A stretch of 64,000 nt of DNA from Bugula neritina (taxonomy: Eukaryota; Animalia; Bryozoa): the NCBI GenBank assembly GCA_964035545.1, contig OZ037768.1, forward strand, positions 248,001-312,000, written 5' to 3'. This document shows positions 1 to 15,500 of the stretch, in pieces (positions within the stretch are counted from its first letter, which is position 1; every line of letters starts with the position of its first letter). Position numbers and translations under genes: made by a program. The notes below the pieces were generated by a model. It had not been told where the DNA came from. It saw only the letters and a list, made by a program, of their open reading frames with translations, and did not search any database.

Positions 1-1018
1 ATGCTAAGGAAATGATAGCAAGAGTTGATAGCATTGCCACTGCTAAGGTACACTAACTAATAATTTTATGTTGTGTTAAAGGATTGCTCTATCTTGTCTA
101 ATAAATGGCCATTTAGGTCAAACACACATAATATTGTGTTTTTCTAAGCATGCATTGACAAAAAGCATTTGACCAAAGGTAGAAAAAGTTAGTTGAAGTT
201 GAGGGTGTAGATTGGTAACAGCCAAAACGCCGATTTTGAAATGAGCTGGGAAATGTGACGTAACAGCGCCAGCATTCCTGCTGGTCACGTGACTATACAA
301 ATGAATAACTATAGAAATATGACTGTGAGATGTGATCTTTCAGCTCGCAATTTGTATATTTATAGAAGTGCAAATGTGAATTATCTCAATCTATAGTTTT
401 TTGACATGTTAAATAACATGTATGTGATAACATTAGGCCATATTTTGCTTGTAAACATAGAAAAAAGCATTGCAAAAACATGCATTCTTTAGGATGAATG
501 CCTGCGATCGATCTAAACTAGGTCAGATTGTGCAATATTACGGGCGCACCAAAGCTGACCTATATAGCGCACTGTAACTGCTTGAGCGTTATTGGTTGAT
601 GTTGCGCTCAGCAACCTTGAATACTAGCGTTATAGTTAGCACGTGCAGCAAAGTTACTGGCGTTCACACGTCACGTATTAGGCTATTCTTTTTCATGGCT
701 GAAAATTTTACCTCCCTTAAAATTGGAATTTTGAAAAGCTGTTTTCTAGGCATATATCCCTTTGCAAAGTCACAATTGTTTGCATACACATTAGATTATA
801 GTTCATAATTATAATGAAATTGTAATAAACTAAGATAGAGCAATCCTTTAAGAAAGGATGAGACTGGTCACATGACTGCCAGTCGTCTGCTGTGTGTAAA
901 GTATCACGTGATGTAGTCATTGTGTACTCAGTGGGTGACCTATCAGCTGTTACTAATACAGTACAAGCGTAGAGGTTGTGAGGTGCAGATGAAGTCCTGA
1001 TGTCTTACTGTTTATTAG

Positions 1019-3308
<2,290 letters not shown>

Positions 3309-5864
3309 CAGTTGCTGTGTGGAGATATGCTATTGAATGCAGTTGTTTCATGCATACATGATATAAAATGTTTATTGCTACACATATGCTGTTTACACTT
3401 ATATTCTATAACTTGCTTTCTTACCTGCTTTATAATAATTATATAATCATATTACATGTTTTATTTTTTAGAGTTGAAATAAATATTATAAAGAGTAAAC
3501 TTCTAATAAAATTAATTATAATACTCATAACAGTAAATGCTGACGCATGATGTCATCACACTATTAAATATTATGAAAATATTCAGTTTGTAAGAACAGC
3601 CTCCTGCATATTTCTAGAGTGACTCATATGTAGTCTGTGAATTAGAGGTGCGGAAACAATTCATAGCCCAGGTTCTGCTCACATAGTAGCCTTAGCAAGT
3701 TGTCCAAGTTACATGTTAGAGAATGTCTGCACACAAACTATATTCTGTTAACTGTCGAGTGGATAATCTGAAAACCTATTAATTGGAGTATTTCTCTTTC
3801 TGAGCTGTTTTACTGCAGAGTTTTTACTTTGTATTGGGAGTTGTCACCCCAGTAATAAAGAACAAATATGATATCCACTACACGTGTACTATTGTAAGGA
3901 GAGAGGCTGACTTGTACTTCTATAGCCTGAGGTAGTAGACTTGTGAGAGACACTAGTTTGTCCCCTAAGGCTCTATTCTAAACATTCTAGCAACTTCCAA
4001 TTGACTGGAGATAGAAAGATCAAGTAGCCATCTGCTGGGTATATGCTGGCGCTGAAATGTTGCTAATATGCCAAGTTCTAATAGCTAGCAGTTCTACAGT
4101 CTCCAGGCCTGTATTTATTACGGAACAAAGCAACTATACGTTCTATCACTACGAGTCTAACTTTATGTGTGACTGAAGTTAATGCATTTCTATTAATAGA
4201 ATGGGCAATGTTAAGTAATAGTGCAATTAGCTAATCATAGAAAAATAAATTGATGCAAATTAATAGAGTTTGGGTTTAATTTACTCTTTTTTATTTTCTA
4301 TTTATAAGATATAGTTTTACAGTCTTTAACCACAGAAAATGTAATGTAAATGATTGTACAGCATGTCTAACAAGGCTATTGTTGCTTTAAATTGACTTCT
4401 TGATTGTTATATCAATGTAACAAGGGTTTACATACAGTAGAGTATAAGTACTGCATTGCTTCATGTACAAATATAATGTTGTTCCATTTTTATAGTAAGC
4501 TGCGAAATAAGATTGTACTAAAATAACGATAACCTGGACTTTCTGGTGTATTTCTGCATGTCTCATAATTATGGCGCTTAGTAGTTGAAAACAATAAAGT
4601 TTGTATAATAATATGTTAAACTTAGTCTAGATGCTTAACACAGCATACATCTGACAAGCTATTATATGCTAGATAATACAACTTACCAGCTTTTAATTCT
4701 GCTACTACATTATTCATTGGCTAAAGTTTGGTAACTTGAGAGACAGATAAGGGCACTGTATATTACCCCCTCAAACTCTCTGTATGATGACTAGCAGGTA
4801 CAACTGGCTATGACTCTGAAATATTAGCTAATACTAGTGTACAGTGCTTTATTGCTCCACGCCAGTCAACTGTCACTCTCTCTTTAGTTAAAGTACTTCT
4901 GCATCATGATACAAGACATGTTGAATTCTGGGTGTCATGGTAACGCAGTATGTGGGTTTCTTTCACCAATGAGTGATTAGCTTACATCGTGACTTGGTGT
5001 GAGGTCATCCGTGACACTCGTTTAACTTATTCAACAATATTTGTGTTTAGTCATCGCTAGCCGTGACTTGCTCATCGGGTGCTCTTCGTAGTCCATCAGT
5101 CGCCTTGACTTTCTATTCTAAGGTAAGAATTGATTACGTAATTAGTAACCGGCGTGTAAGGAGATTAGTCGATAGTGTTTTACCTGTAAAACTCTGTAGT
5201 GATTTGGTTGAGTTTCCTTTTTGTTTTTTTAATTTCTATCTTAATCTTATACTTATACTTATAGTCAGATTTTGTTTCTGAGTCACTCTAAAGATGATCA
5301 AAATGATGAAATGTACTGCAGTAACGGACTTACAGTACAATATCACTATCAGTGTTATGGTCCACATAATAACAATTACAATACTGAATACATAGTACAT
5401 ACTACTCAATATGTTTACTATTAGTATCTAAGACTAATGACATGCTAACTGTTACATATTTAGTGTGCTTGTAGGAAACTGTTAGTGTTAGGCGTATACG
5501 TTTTTTGAGCCCAGTTCAAAAATCTTGGTGATACTGTCAATAATCTAATAGTAATACTTTCTCCCACCTTTCTCCTATTTGTCCTGTTCAGGTAGTGGGG
5601 TAACACTAAGGCTATTTTATTTTTATCTGAGAATTTTATGCTAAATTACCTGATAACTATCCCATCAGGTTTGGTACAGAGGGTGTAAATATTTCTAAAG
5701 GTAAAAGTTGTTCTCACTTGTGAAAACAACTTCTACCTACTCTGAGTGCGTCTTGTTCTCACTTATGAAAACAAGAAGCACTCAGAGTCAAGGTTTAATT
5801 AATTTACATGTTATGAAAGATTTCTTTTACCCAAACTAACCATTTTCACGGTACAGCTGGGAAA

Positions 5865-6630
5865 ATACTCTCCCCCTCCTCCTGTGTAGCTAGGGAATAA
5901 CCCCCCTCCTGTGTAGCTAGGAATTACCTCCCTCCTGTGTAGCTAGGGAATAGCCCCCTCTTGTGTAGCTAAGAAAATACCCACTGAGTCTGTTCTAGAA
6001 ATTATATACACATTGTAATGTGACAGAAACAGAGACTGTATTTTGCATCAACATGTAGTTTAGTTATAGATATGAGCACTTTTAGGTCACTCAAATATAT
6101 GTACAGTATCTGCACTGATTATATGAGTCAGGATGGTGTCACAGTACTAGTGTAGAGGTGTCAGAGTACTGGTGTACAGGTGTCAGAGTACTGGTGTAGA
6201 GGTGTCAAAGTACTGGTGTAGAGGTGTCAGAGTACTGGTGTAAATGTGTCACAGTACTGGTGTAGAGGTGTCACAGTACTGGTGTACATGTGTCAGAGTA
6301 CTGGTGTACAGGTGTCAGAGTACTAGTGTACAGGTGTCAGAGTACTGGTCTAGTAGAAGCTCCAGCTAGTAATGGATATGCTAAGAGCTTATTCAGCTCA
6401 CACAGTGAATAGAAAGGGGATTATGCTAATTACTTTATTTTAATTATGGTATTAGTAATTTAGGAAGTCTCAGGTGATGTACGACAGGAACTGTAAGCTC
6501 CATGGTGATTTCCTTGTAGAGCTCATTGTCACCATACCATTCCCTTGTAGAGCTCATTGCCACCATACCATCCCTTGTAGAGCTCATTGTCACCATACCA
6601 TTCTCTTGTAGAGCTCATTGTCACCATACA
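5865..6630. repeat. Three adjacent minisatellites (~27, 22 and ~31 bp units)
   Basis: gtgtagctagggaataacccccctcct ~x4 (5865-5980); ggtgtcagagtactggtgtaga ~x10 (6135-6350); ccttgtagagctcattgtcaccataccatt ~x4 (6510-6630). Confidence 0.85.
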
Positions 6631-6742
6631 GCTTCTCTACACACATCTCATTCTGTTAACTATAGCTCTGTTTGAGTGATCTCTTAGATTAGTTTATATT
6701 ATAGCCTACTCTCTGAACTAACACTAGTTGGTGGTGTTGTGT

Positions 6743-7170
6743 TGAGTGAGACTGAGTAGTGAGTTAGTAGTGAATGAGTGAGACTGAGTAGTGAGTTAGT
6801 AGTGAATGAGTGAGACTGAGTAGTGAGTTAGTAGTGAATGAGTGAGACTGAGTAGTGAGTTAGTAGTGAATGAGTGAGACTGAGTAGTGAGTTAGTAGTG
6901 AATGAGTGAGACTGAGTAGTGAGTTAGTAGTGAATGAGTGAGACTGAGTAGTGAGTTAGTAGTGAATGAGTGAGACTGAGTAGTGAGTTAGTAGTGAATG
7001 AGTGAGACTGAGTAGTGAGTTAGTAGTGAATGAGTGAGACTGAGTAGTGAGTTAGTAGTGAATCAGTGAGACTGAGTAGTGAGTTAGTAGTGAATGAGTG
7101 AGACTGAGTAGTGAGTTAGTAGTGAATCAGTGAGACTGAGTAGTGAGTTAGTAGTGAATCAGTGAGACTG
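6743..7170. repeat. 32-bp minisatellite ~x13
   Basis: gagtgagactgagtagtgagttagtagtgaat, near-perfect copies. Confidence 0.95.
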
Positions 7171-8374
7171 AATATACAATTAATTAGTTCACAATCATAC
7201 TGTGACTAAACTCAACCTCTTAAATTATTGTGCCCTCTCCCTCCCTCTCCCTCCCTCCCCCTCCCCCCCTCCCTCCCCCACTGTTTCCTTGCCAGAGATA
7301 TTAGCTAGACCTGCTGTATCCACCCCCACTAGTATGAACCTAGTATCACATTCTCTGTCTAGCTGTGAGTCATTTGTATTGTACCAGGACATAATATAAC
7401 TATTATGTATTTCCATCACAAAAGGAGTGAAATTAAAACCAATTTTGTTTACTAAAGATTCAATTAGTTTAGGCTACCCATAGAGATATCACATTCAGAA
7501 TGTAAGACACCTGCTGATTGGTTGAGACAGGCACAGGTGTAAAATTTCTATTCAGCAGAGAATACTCTCAGTTAGAAAGGTTCACGAAATATCATACTCC
7601 AAGCTGATTGTCATGTAATAGGTTAGTTATCCTTTAGTTTCATGTGACTTACTGTAGTTCAGGTAGATATAAGTTGTACTTCTCTTACATTTTATAAACT
7701 CCTGAGGTTGTAGAATAGATAAGTTACATTGAAGGCCTGTTTCAAGGGCCTTAGGCTTGGTCAAATTTTAGCAGCAGAAAGATTCTTAGCTGTTCATCTA
7801 AACTCGTGTTGGTGAGAAATTGTATACATCGTGAAAGCCAAGTTCAATATTTGAGTTTCAAGTTTAAATTTGAACTCGGTATAGAAAAGAATTCATAGAA
7901 AACGTGTAGATTTATTCATCAGCCATTTTAAGGTAGAAACAACAGTTTTTAACTAAATTTTCAGCATATAATTTAAGTTAGATGTTAGCATATCTGTTAG
8001 TACCAGCCTAAACTTTTATATACAGGGTCATACAACCCCCCTCTCTATTCTAGACTTTGTTTATAAGATCTCAACCTATTTTGTTGTTTAAATTCTACTC
8101 ATGATTTTAGTGAATCTTCCAGCTCACTGGTAATGCATTGAATATTGGTTACATTTTGCACCATAATTATACACTGTGGTTACATACTGCACCATATACA
8201 CTGTGGTGTAATATTTCACTTATTTGTATCAGCATTGTGTGTATTCATCCAGTGTAAGTGTGATGTAATCAGGTCAAATTATCTCTCCATCATATTCTTT
8301 ACTATACGTAATATACCTAATCAGCAGGTATGCATAAACAACTTACATAACTCTGTATGTACCCTCGTCTCTTG

Positions 8375-8575
8375 TTAATCTAATACATCTAGTATATTAC
8401 TATATAACATCATCTAATAATCTACACTTAATCTAATACATCTAGTATATTACTATATAACATCATCTAATAATCTACACTTAATCTAATACATCTAGTA
8501 TATTACTATATAACATCATCTAATAGTCTACACTTAATCTAATACATCTAGTATATTACTATATAACATCATCTA
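8375..8575. repeat. 53-bp tandem repeat ~x3.7
   Basis: ttaatctaatacatctagtatattactatataacatcatctaataatctacac. Confidence 0.9.
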
Positions 8576-10944
8576 TTGCAAGTCTATAACTTCCTGTCCA
8601 CATTCCATTTTGACTTCCATCCTTTCCCTGAATAATTAGTTTCCAGTTAGTAGAATATTCATCTATTAGTGTGCTAGTTACTAATTCGTCTACCCTAATT
8701 AGTCTATAGCTTGTAGCACATAGCACATAGTTCATAGCACATATTAGCTTATAGCATATAGTTTATAGTACATATTTTATAGCATGTAGCAAATAGCACA
8801 TAGCTTACAGCACAGTAAAAACATAATATCCATATTTATTAAAACAATTTTTCTGTATTTTGGAGTTGTGGGATTGCCCGAAGTAGAAAACCCGAAGTCT
8901 AATTTTAAAGTGACTCAAAATCCTCCACAAATTTACTGCAACAAGATTTTTACAAACAAACAGTTTATTATTTCTTAAAATTAGATATCAAGTCTCTAAA
9001 CTTTTGTTGTTGTGAAGCTTTTGAAGTCCACTTTGATAACACATGATTAGTTACTCAAGTGAGTTCCTCAATGAAACTGCTGTATACAGTATAAACAAGG
9101 TACCCCCCACCTACACCCCTTCTCACATTATTACACATGCCAAAAATATATAAATAATTTATTTAGTGTCAGGTATCACAATATATCATGTAGCAGAGTA
9201 GCTATGATTAAACTCAAATAACAATACAAAGCACAACAATCACTTAAATGTTGCGTTTCACGCAGTAACAAAAGATAAAAGTGGAACAAGACACTAGAAG
9301 GGGTCAGTGTTGTTTCTAATAACAGTTTATAGAAAAGAGTGAATGAGTTTATTCATTCCCACCAACATTAATATGTTTAAGTATCATTCTCTCTTTGTGA
9401 GAGTTTTAAAGTGCTAGTTTAATGTACAGGCGTCATACGATACAGTATTGTGTGTCTCAGTGCTGTATATACGCTGCTGTCACGACATTGCGTGGCTGAC
9501 TTTACTCTGTTTGGATAATCACAGCTGTACTGTAGAGAGAGAGGTTTGTCTGTGTTATATATAGTTAATATGTAGTCTGTCTGTGTGTCTGTGTGTCCGT
9601 CTGGAGGGATGTTCACCATATATTTCAGTGTGTGTTAGTTACTCTCTACTATATACTCTATACTCTATATACTCTCTACTCTATACTCTCTACTCTATAC
9701 TCTCTACTCTGTATCTCATGTCTCCTTACATCCTCTGCTCATTCATCACAACATCCTGCTCTCACTAATCTGTGGTCGCTGTGCCAGTTTATTTCTCACT
9801 GTTCAGCACAATGTAAACTTTCTCTAGTATTTTAAAGTTCTATCAAGTTTGTTGCCTTTTAAACATACAGAAACATCTGGAAATCACAATTTACAACTTT
9901 GAAATTTTAATTTTTAGTCAAAGAACTAAGAAGAACACTCTTATTTCTCGTATTTTGATTTTTATTTTATCTGTAATGTATTATGTATACTATTTAATAA
10001 AATATTTACATTATACTACAGTCTACTAGTCTGTGTGGTATAGGTAGTGGCACTTCCTGTTATATTATATGTTTAATTAAAATATGTCACTGCATTTCCT
10101 CATAGTTTGTTGTGAGCAAGTGATTGGTTTAGCATCATTCAATCATCTACAATTACCTTATATATTTATTCTTATGTACTAAATACTATGTACCTACTAT
10201 ATACGCTATGTACTATACCTTAGCAATATCTGTATATTATACCTTAGCAATATCTGTATATTATACCTTAGCAATATTATTTGTTATATGAATTACTGTT
10301 TAATATTCAACTCATTGTATGATGTCATATATTCATATTGTATTATATTATTATATGCTAGACAGTAATATGAGTATATTATATAACACAAGTTAATATT
10401 ACATGACATGATATGGGATACGATATACAGTGCAATATGATATAATAGTATATTAGAGGGATATATTACAGAGGGGAGAGAGAAAGGGGAGTAGGGGGCA
10501 GTATTGATACAGTATTCTAGTGTGATTCTATTGAAATTCGGTCAGCTACTCAACACTTATGTAATCCTTTTACAGAATGCAGTCAGATATTAAGCAATTA
10601 TCTGCCCTTCTATTAGGTTTGTTAAATTACTTGAACACTGAGAGAGAGAAACACACTCTAATCTCTAGTCATGCTGCTTCAAACAATAGGAGGTGGGCCG
10701 CGCTGTCCTCAATGTTTAGTGCAATGAATTAGTTGATATACATTCTACCTGCTGTCATTCTATTCAGTGAGTCCACCAACACCTGCTAGTAAAGAGAGGG
10801 AGGGAGGTAACTTCTCATTCGGAGTTGTCTCTCTTCTCAGCTGTATAAAGAAATCTTCTGTTTCAGTAGCAGACAATGATGCAATGAGCTCTCCTAGCAG
10901 TTAGTAACAGTTTATCATACACAGACACTGACCTCTACATCCAC

Positions 10945-11002
10945 ATGGAGAATGGAGGGAGCACAACTCCTTGCAAGTACAGGAGGCAGAGCAGTGTAGA
11001 CA
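10945..11002 (+). CDS. Candidate alternative first coding exon of PHLPP
   Basis: ATG...MENGGSTTPCKYRRQSSVD A|gtgagt; strong phase-1 donor, compatible with the exon at 14134. Confidence 0.45.
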
Positions 11003-12534
11003 GTGAGTACAATTATTACACTTTTAGCACACTTCCTTAGCTGTCTACTGTTTATATGAAACAGTTTAGCTTTGGGGCTGCCTTACTCAGTCTATTCAAC
11101 ATATGCTAAGCATATTGATCTGGTTTATAGTCGATATAATGCTGGCTGTAGTATTTGTGGGAATTTCTGTTCCAATACATATAATATAATGTATAATATA
11201 ATATAATGTAATATAATATAATATAAAAAACTGGTAACAAAATGAGAAGGCAACTCCATAACCTCTGTATAAATGTAGCACCTGGTGTACTATTCATATC
11301 AGCCTATGATATACTTCTACGTACTAGAATCAAAACAAGACATGCACGTTTTAAAGACTGAAACTATTTTCCTACCTCCTTTTCAAACAAGCTTTGTAAC
11401 CCCATCAACTTCTCCAACATGCGTCACTCATGGCCCTTGTTTACCTGCGGTGTCACTGTACCTAGTCATATAATCAGGATATCATGGTCAGTCTGCTAGC
11501 TAATTACATTCACTGCGGTCCTTCATCCTGTTTGTCTGCTAGTGCAGCAGGATGTGGTGTAGGCTTTTAGTTGTGTCACCCTGTATTCAGTGAGTAATAG
11601 GTGTAGACCTTAGGCTAAGTAGTTGAACTCGGGGCTATGTTAGTCTGAGTCCTAAAGAAAATAACCTCAAAGCTTTTCTGTCCTTTAGCTACGCTATCCA
11701 CTGTTGCTATGGTTACGATGGGACATCATATTATACAGCCTCAATACTGTAATCACTTCAAGTGACACTAGTTCCACTTGTGACTATATACTGTGAGATT
11801 GCCTTTAAATAATATTCACATTGACGTACTTTGGGTAGTAATGACTAGACAGCTAGTTTGTGACAGAATTTACTGAATAGTAACAGCCTGTGTCAACTAT
11901 AGCAATAACTAGCCATATAATACGTGTTATATTATAATAATATAGTAATACTAATGTCATAGTATACACTTGGGAAACACAATATATAATTAGAATATGT
12001 TTAAATTTGAAGTGATACAGCACTGCAAGGCAGAATCTCTATTTACTATGAAGTCCTACAAGTGGAAGTAGTAAATCAAAACTAACTGCTATTTCCCAGC
12101 TTAACCAGTTGTATGAACATATTATTCTTATTCTGCATAATTTATGGTCCAACATAGCTGAAGTTAGTTGAACGAGTAGCTGTCCTCCCTGTTGCTATAC
12201 AGTAACAAGTTTAGCTGCTCCAGCTTGTCTCCATGGTGATTGATGAGCTACTACTTGGCACACGCCTTCGCTAGCCCTAAATCTTACTCCTACATTAGGG
12301 CTGGACTTCTACCCTCCCAGCTTCAGTTACGTAGCTCTAGGCTAATCCTGCACAACACATCAGCATTTGACAGTGTAGGGTGGAGCAAACGACGTCAACC
12401 TTTCATATTCCTCTGCTTGGGGTAGTCGAACTGAAACCTGCAGCATTTCTCTCCGTCATGCAGTATGGAAGGGCTGAAGGTGCTATCTGCAGCTGTTTAT
12501 ACAGTGGAGTAGTGCAGTAAATGTAATCTGCATC

Positions 12535-15500
12535 ATGTCTAGCAGCAGTATATCACGTGGTAGTTTCTTCAGTAGCAGCACCTCTCTGTCTGGCAGCAAT
12601 ACCGGCAGCGTGTCTGGTCACAACAGTATATCTCGTATTAGTGCCCCCTTCAAACGCAACAAGTCACCTATCTCCACTCCTTGCGATATTTGTTCTCTGG
12701 AAGGTATATTATGCAGTATATTTCATATATTCTAGTTACTATACTGTCTATAGAAAGAGCTAGAAGGTATATTATGCAGTATATTTCATATATTCTAGTT
12801 ACTATACTGTCTATAGAAAGAGCTAGAAGGTATAATATGCAGTATATTTCACATATTCTAGTTACTATACTGTCTATAGAAAGAGCTAGAAGGTATAGTA
12901 TGCAGTATATTTCACATATTCTAATTACTATACTGTCTATAGAAAGAGCTAGAAGGTATATTATGCAGTATATTTCATATATTCTAGTTACTATACTGTC
13001 TATAGAAAGAGCTAGAAGGTGTAGTATGCAGTATATTTCATATATTCTAGTTACTATACTGTCTATAGAAAGAGCTAGAAGGTATAGTATGCAGTATATT
13101 TCACATATTCTAGTTACTATACTGTCTATAGAAAGAGCTAGAAGGTATAGTATGCAGTATATTTCATATATTCTAGTTACTATACTGTCTATAGAAAGAG
13201 CTAGAAGGTATAGTATGCAGTATATTTCATATATTCTAGTTACTATACTGTCTATAGAAAGAGCTAGAAGGTGTAGTATGCAGTATATTTCATATATTCT
13301 AGTTACTATACTGTCTATAGAAAGAGCTAGAAGGTATAATATGCAGTATATTTCACATATTCTAGTTACTATACTGTCTACAGAACAATAATGCACACAA
13401 CATACACTTTTGCTCAAATAGTTATGCAATTATTTAAAAAAATACATACAACAATGAAATAAAATGAAGTGTAATGGCTGTAAACTCATACAAACCAAAA
13501 TTATATGACACATATATTACTATATTATTCCACATTTACTACATAAATCACTACATATGTTACTATATTACTACATATGTTACTACATATGTTACTATAT
13601 TACTGCATATATTACTATACATATATTACTATATTACTACATATAATAATGATAATGATACTGTTGCCTACTTGTACATAGTAAATGAAGTGAATTGTCT
13701 ATAAATGAGACACCTTTCTTCATTGTTGGAAGTTATTCATTCATATTAAATCAATAAACTCACAACTTTTTCAAAGATTATAACATTTCTCTAATGATGA
13801 CTAAATTTGTAGTTAAAACTTATAATAAAGGAAATACTTCAGCTGTAGTCTACCAACATTGTTACCCCTTCTACTGGGGCACTTTCACCCCCCCCCCCTC
13901 CCCTTCCATGCTAGGCTACTGAGGGAACAGGTTCTACTCTACTGTTGGGGTTAGCCTCAGTTCTTATTCTCTCTCTGTATATTACAGGTGGGGGTAGTCA
14001 CACCTCCCTACTTAAAGTGAGGGTTAGCCTCAGTTCTTATTCTCTCTCTGTATGTTACAGGTGGGGGTAGTCACACCTCCCTACTTATAGTGAGGGTTAG
14101 CCTCAGTTCTTATTCTCCCTCTGTATGTTACAGGTGGGGGTAGTCACGGCTCCCTACAGAAGGGTGGGAGTTACAGAGGACAGACGCAGGCATGGTGGAG
14201 TGTAGATGAGCACATGAAGCCCAGGGGGGTGATGCTTTCATCTCACCAGAAGATGGGCATGTCCCTAGCCGCCCGCATATTCAACCAACAGGTAAAGATC
14301 CGGGTGTTTATACTTCTCACTAATCACTTTGGAACTCAAACTGAGAGTGATTCAGTTAAAGTAGTAGTAGTATGTTAACTCCTCACATCTACTTGAGCTC
14401 TACACTCTCAATTGATATCTCCAACATTAGAGAACGTATCTGAGTTGTTTAGAAGAATCTGGAAGACTTGTTTACTAAAGTAGTGTAAAGCACGTCTCAA
14501 CTGCCAGACTGAAGCCCTGTGTAGTGTTTCCGTGATTCTCTCAGTTTTCGTGATGTAACATTTGACAGTGGTGTAGCAAGGTTTATGTTGTGTACTCAGG
14601 GGTAACATTTGACAGTGGTGTAGCAAGGTTTATATTGTGTACTCAGGGGTAACATTTGACAGTGGTGTAGCAAGGTTTATGTTGTGTACTCAGGGGGCGG
14701 AGGACAGCTGGGATCTCTCGGACTCTCTCGCTGATCTATATTTAGAACATGACATCATCAGCAAGAAGTCTTGGTCGAGCATGACGACCTTCAAACCTCC
14801 TTCAAACCTCGACGACATTGACAGAGATAAATGGATATCTGCAGATACTAGTCATGGGTTCGTTACTTGTTTATCGTATCGTAGTATGCCATCTCGTATC
14901 ATATAGTATCGCATAGTATCGTATAGTATAGTATCATATAGTATCGTATCACATAGTATCGTATAGTATAGTATCGCATAGTATCGTATAGTATCGTATC
15001 ACATAGTATCGTATAGTATAGTATCATATAGTATCGTATCGTATAGTATTGTATCATATAGTATCGTATCGTATAGTATTGTATCATATAGTATAGTATC
15101 TAGGATAAAACACTTAGTGTAGCTAGTAGGGTAGAGTGTAGTTACAGAGATCTCTCTGATTACTCATCTCCATGGTTACCAAGATATGCTCTCTGCTCCC
15201 TGGTTATGGTGACTGAACAGTAAATGCAGTAGTTTGAATAGCTACTTTCTAGACTGTGTATCTTAGGATTATATGTTGCAGGTTTATAAGGGTGTACCCC
15301 CCTGACTCCACATCTGTGTCAGAAGTTGGAGCTCGGGTTATTCCTTGCTCTCTTGCAATGGAGGCACATTCCATATGCCAGGCTATAGGTTCGTGTTTAG
15401 CATATTACTAGTATATGTATAGTTAATATATTACTAGTATATGTATAGTTAATATATTACTAGTATATGCATAGTTAATATATTACTAGTATATGTATAG

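Noticed and set aside
12668-13429. 253-aa and 236-aa repeat ORFs
   Set aside because: Arise from the 63-bp intronic array; no independent gene signals
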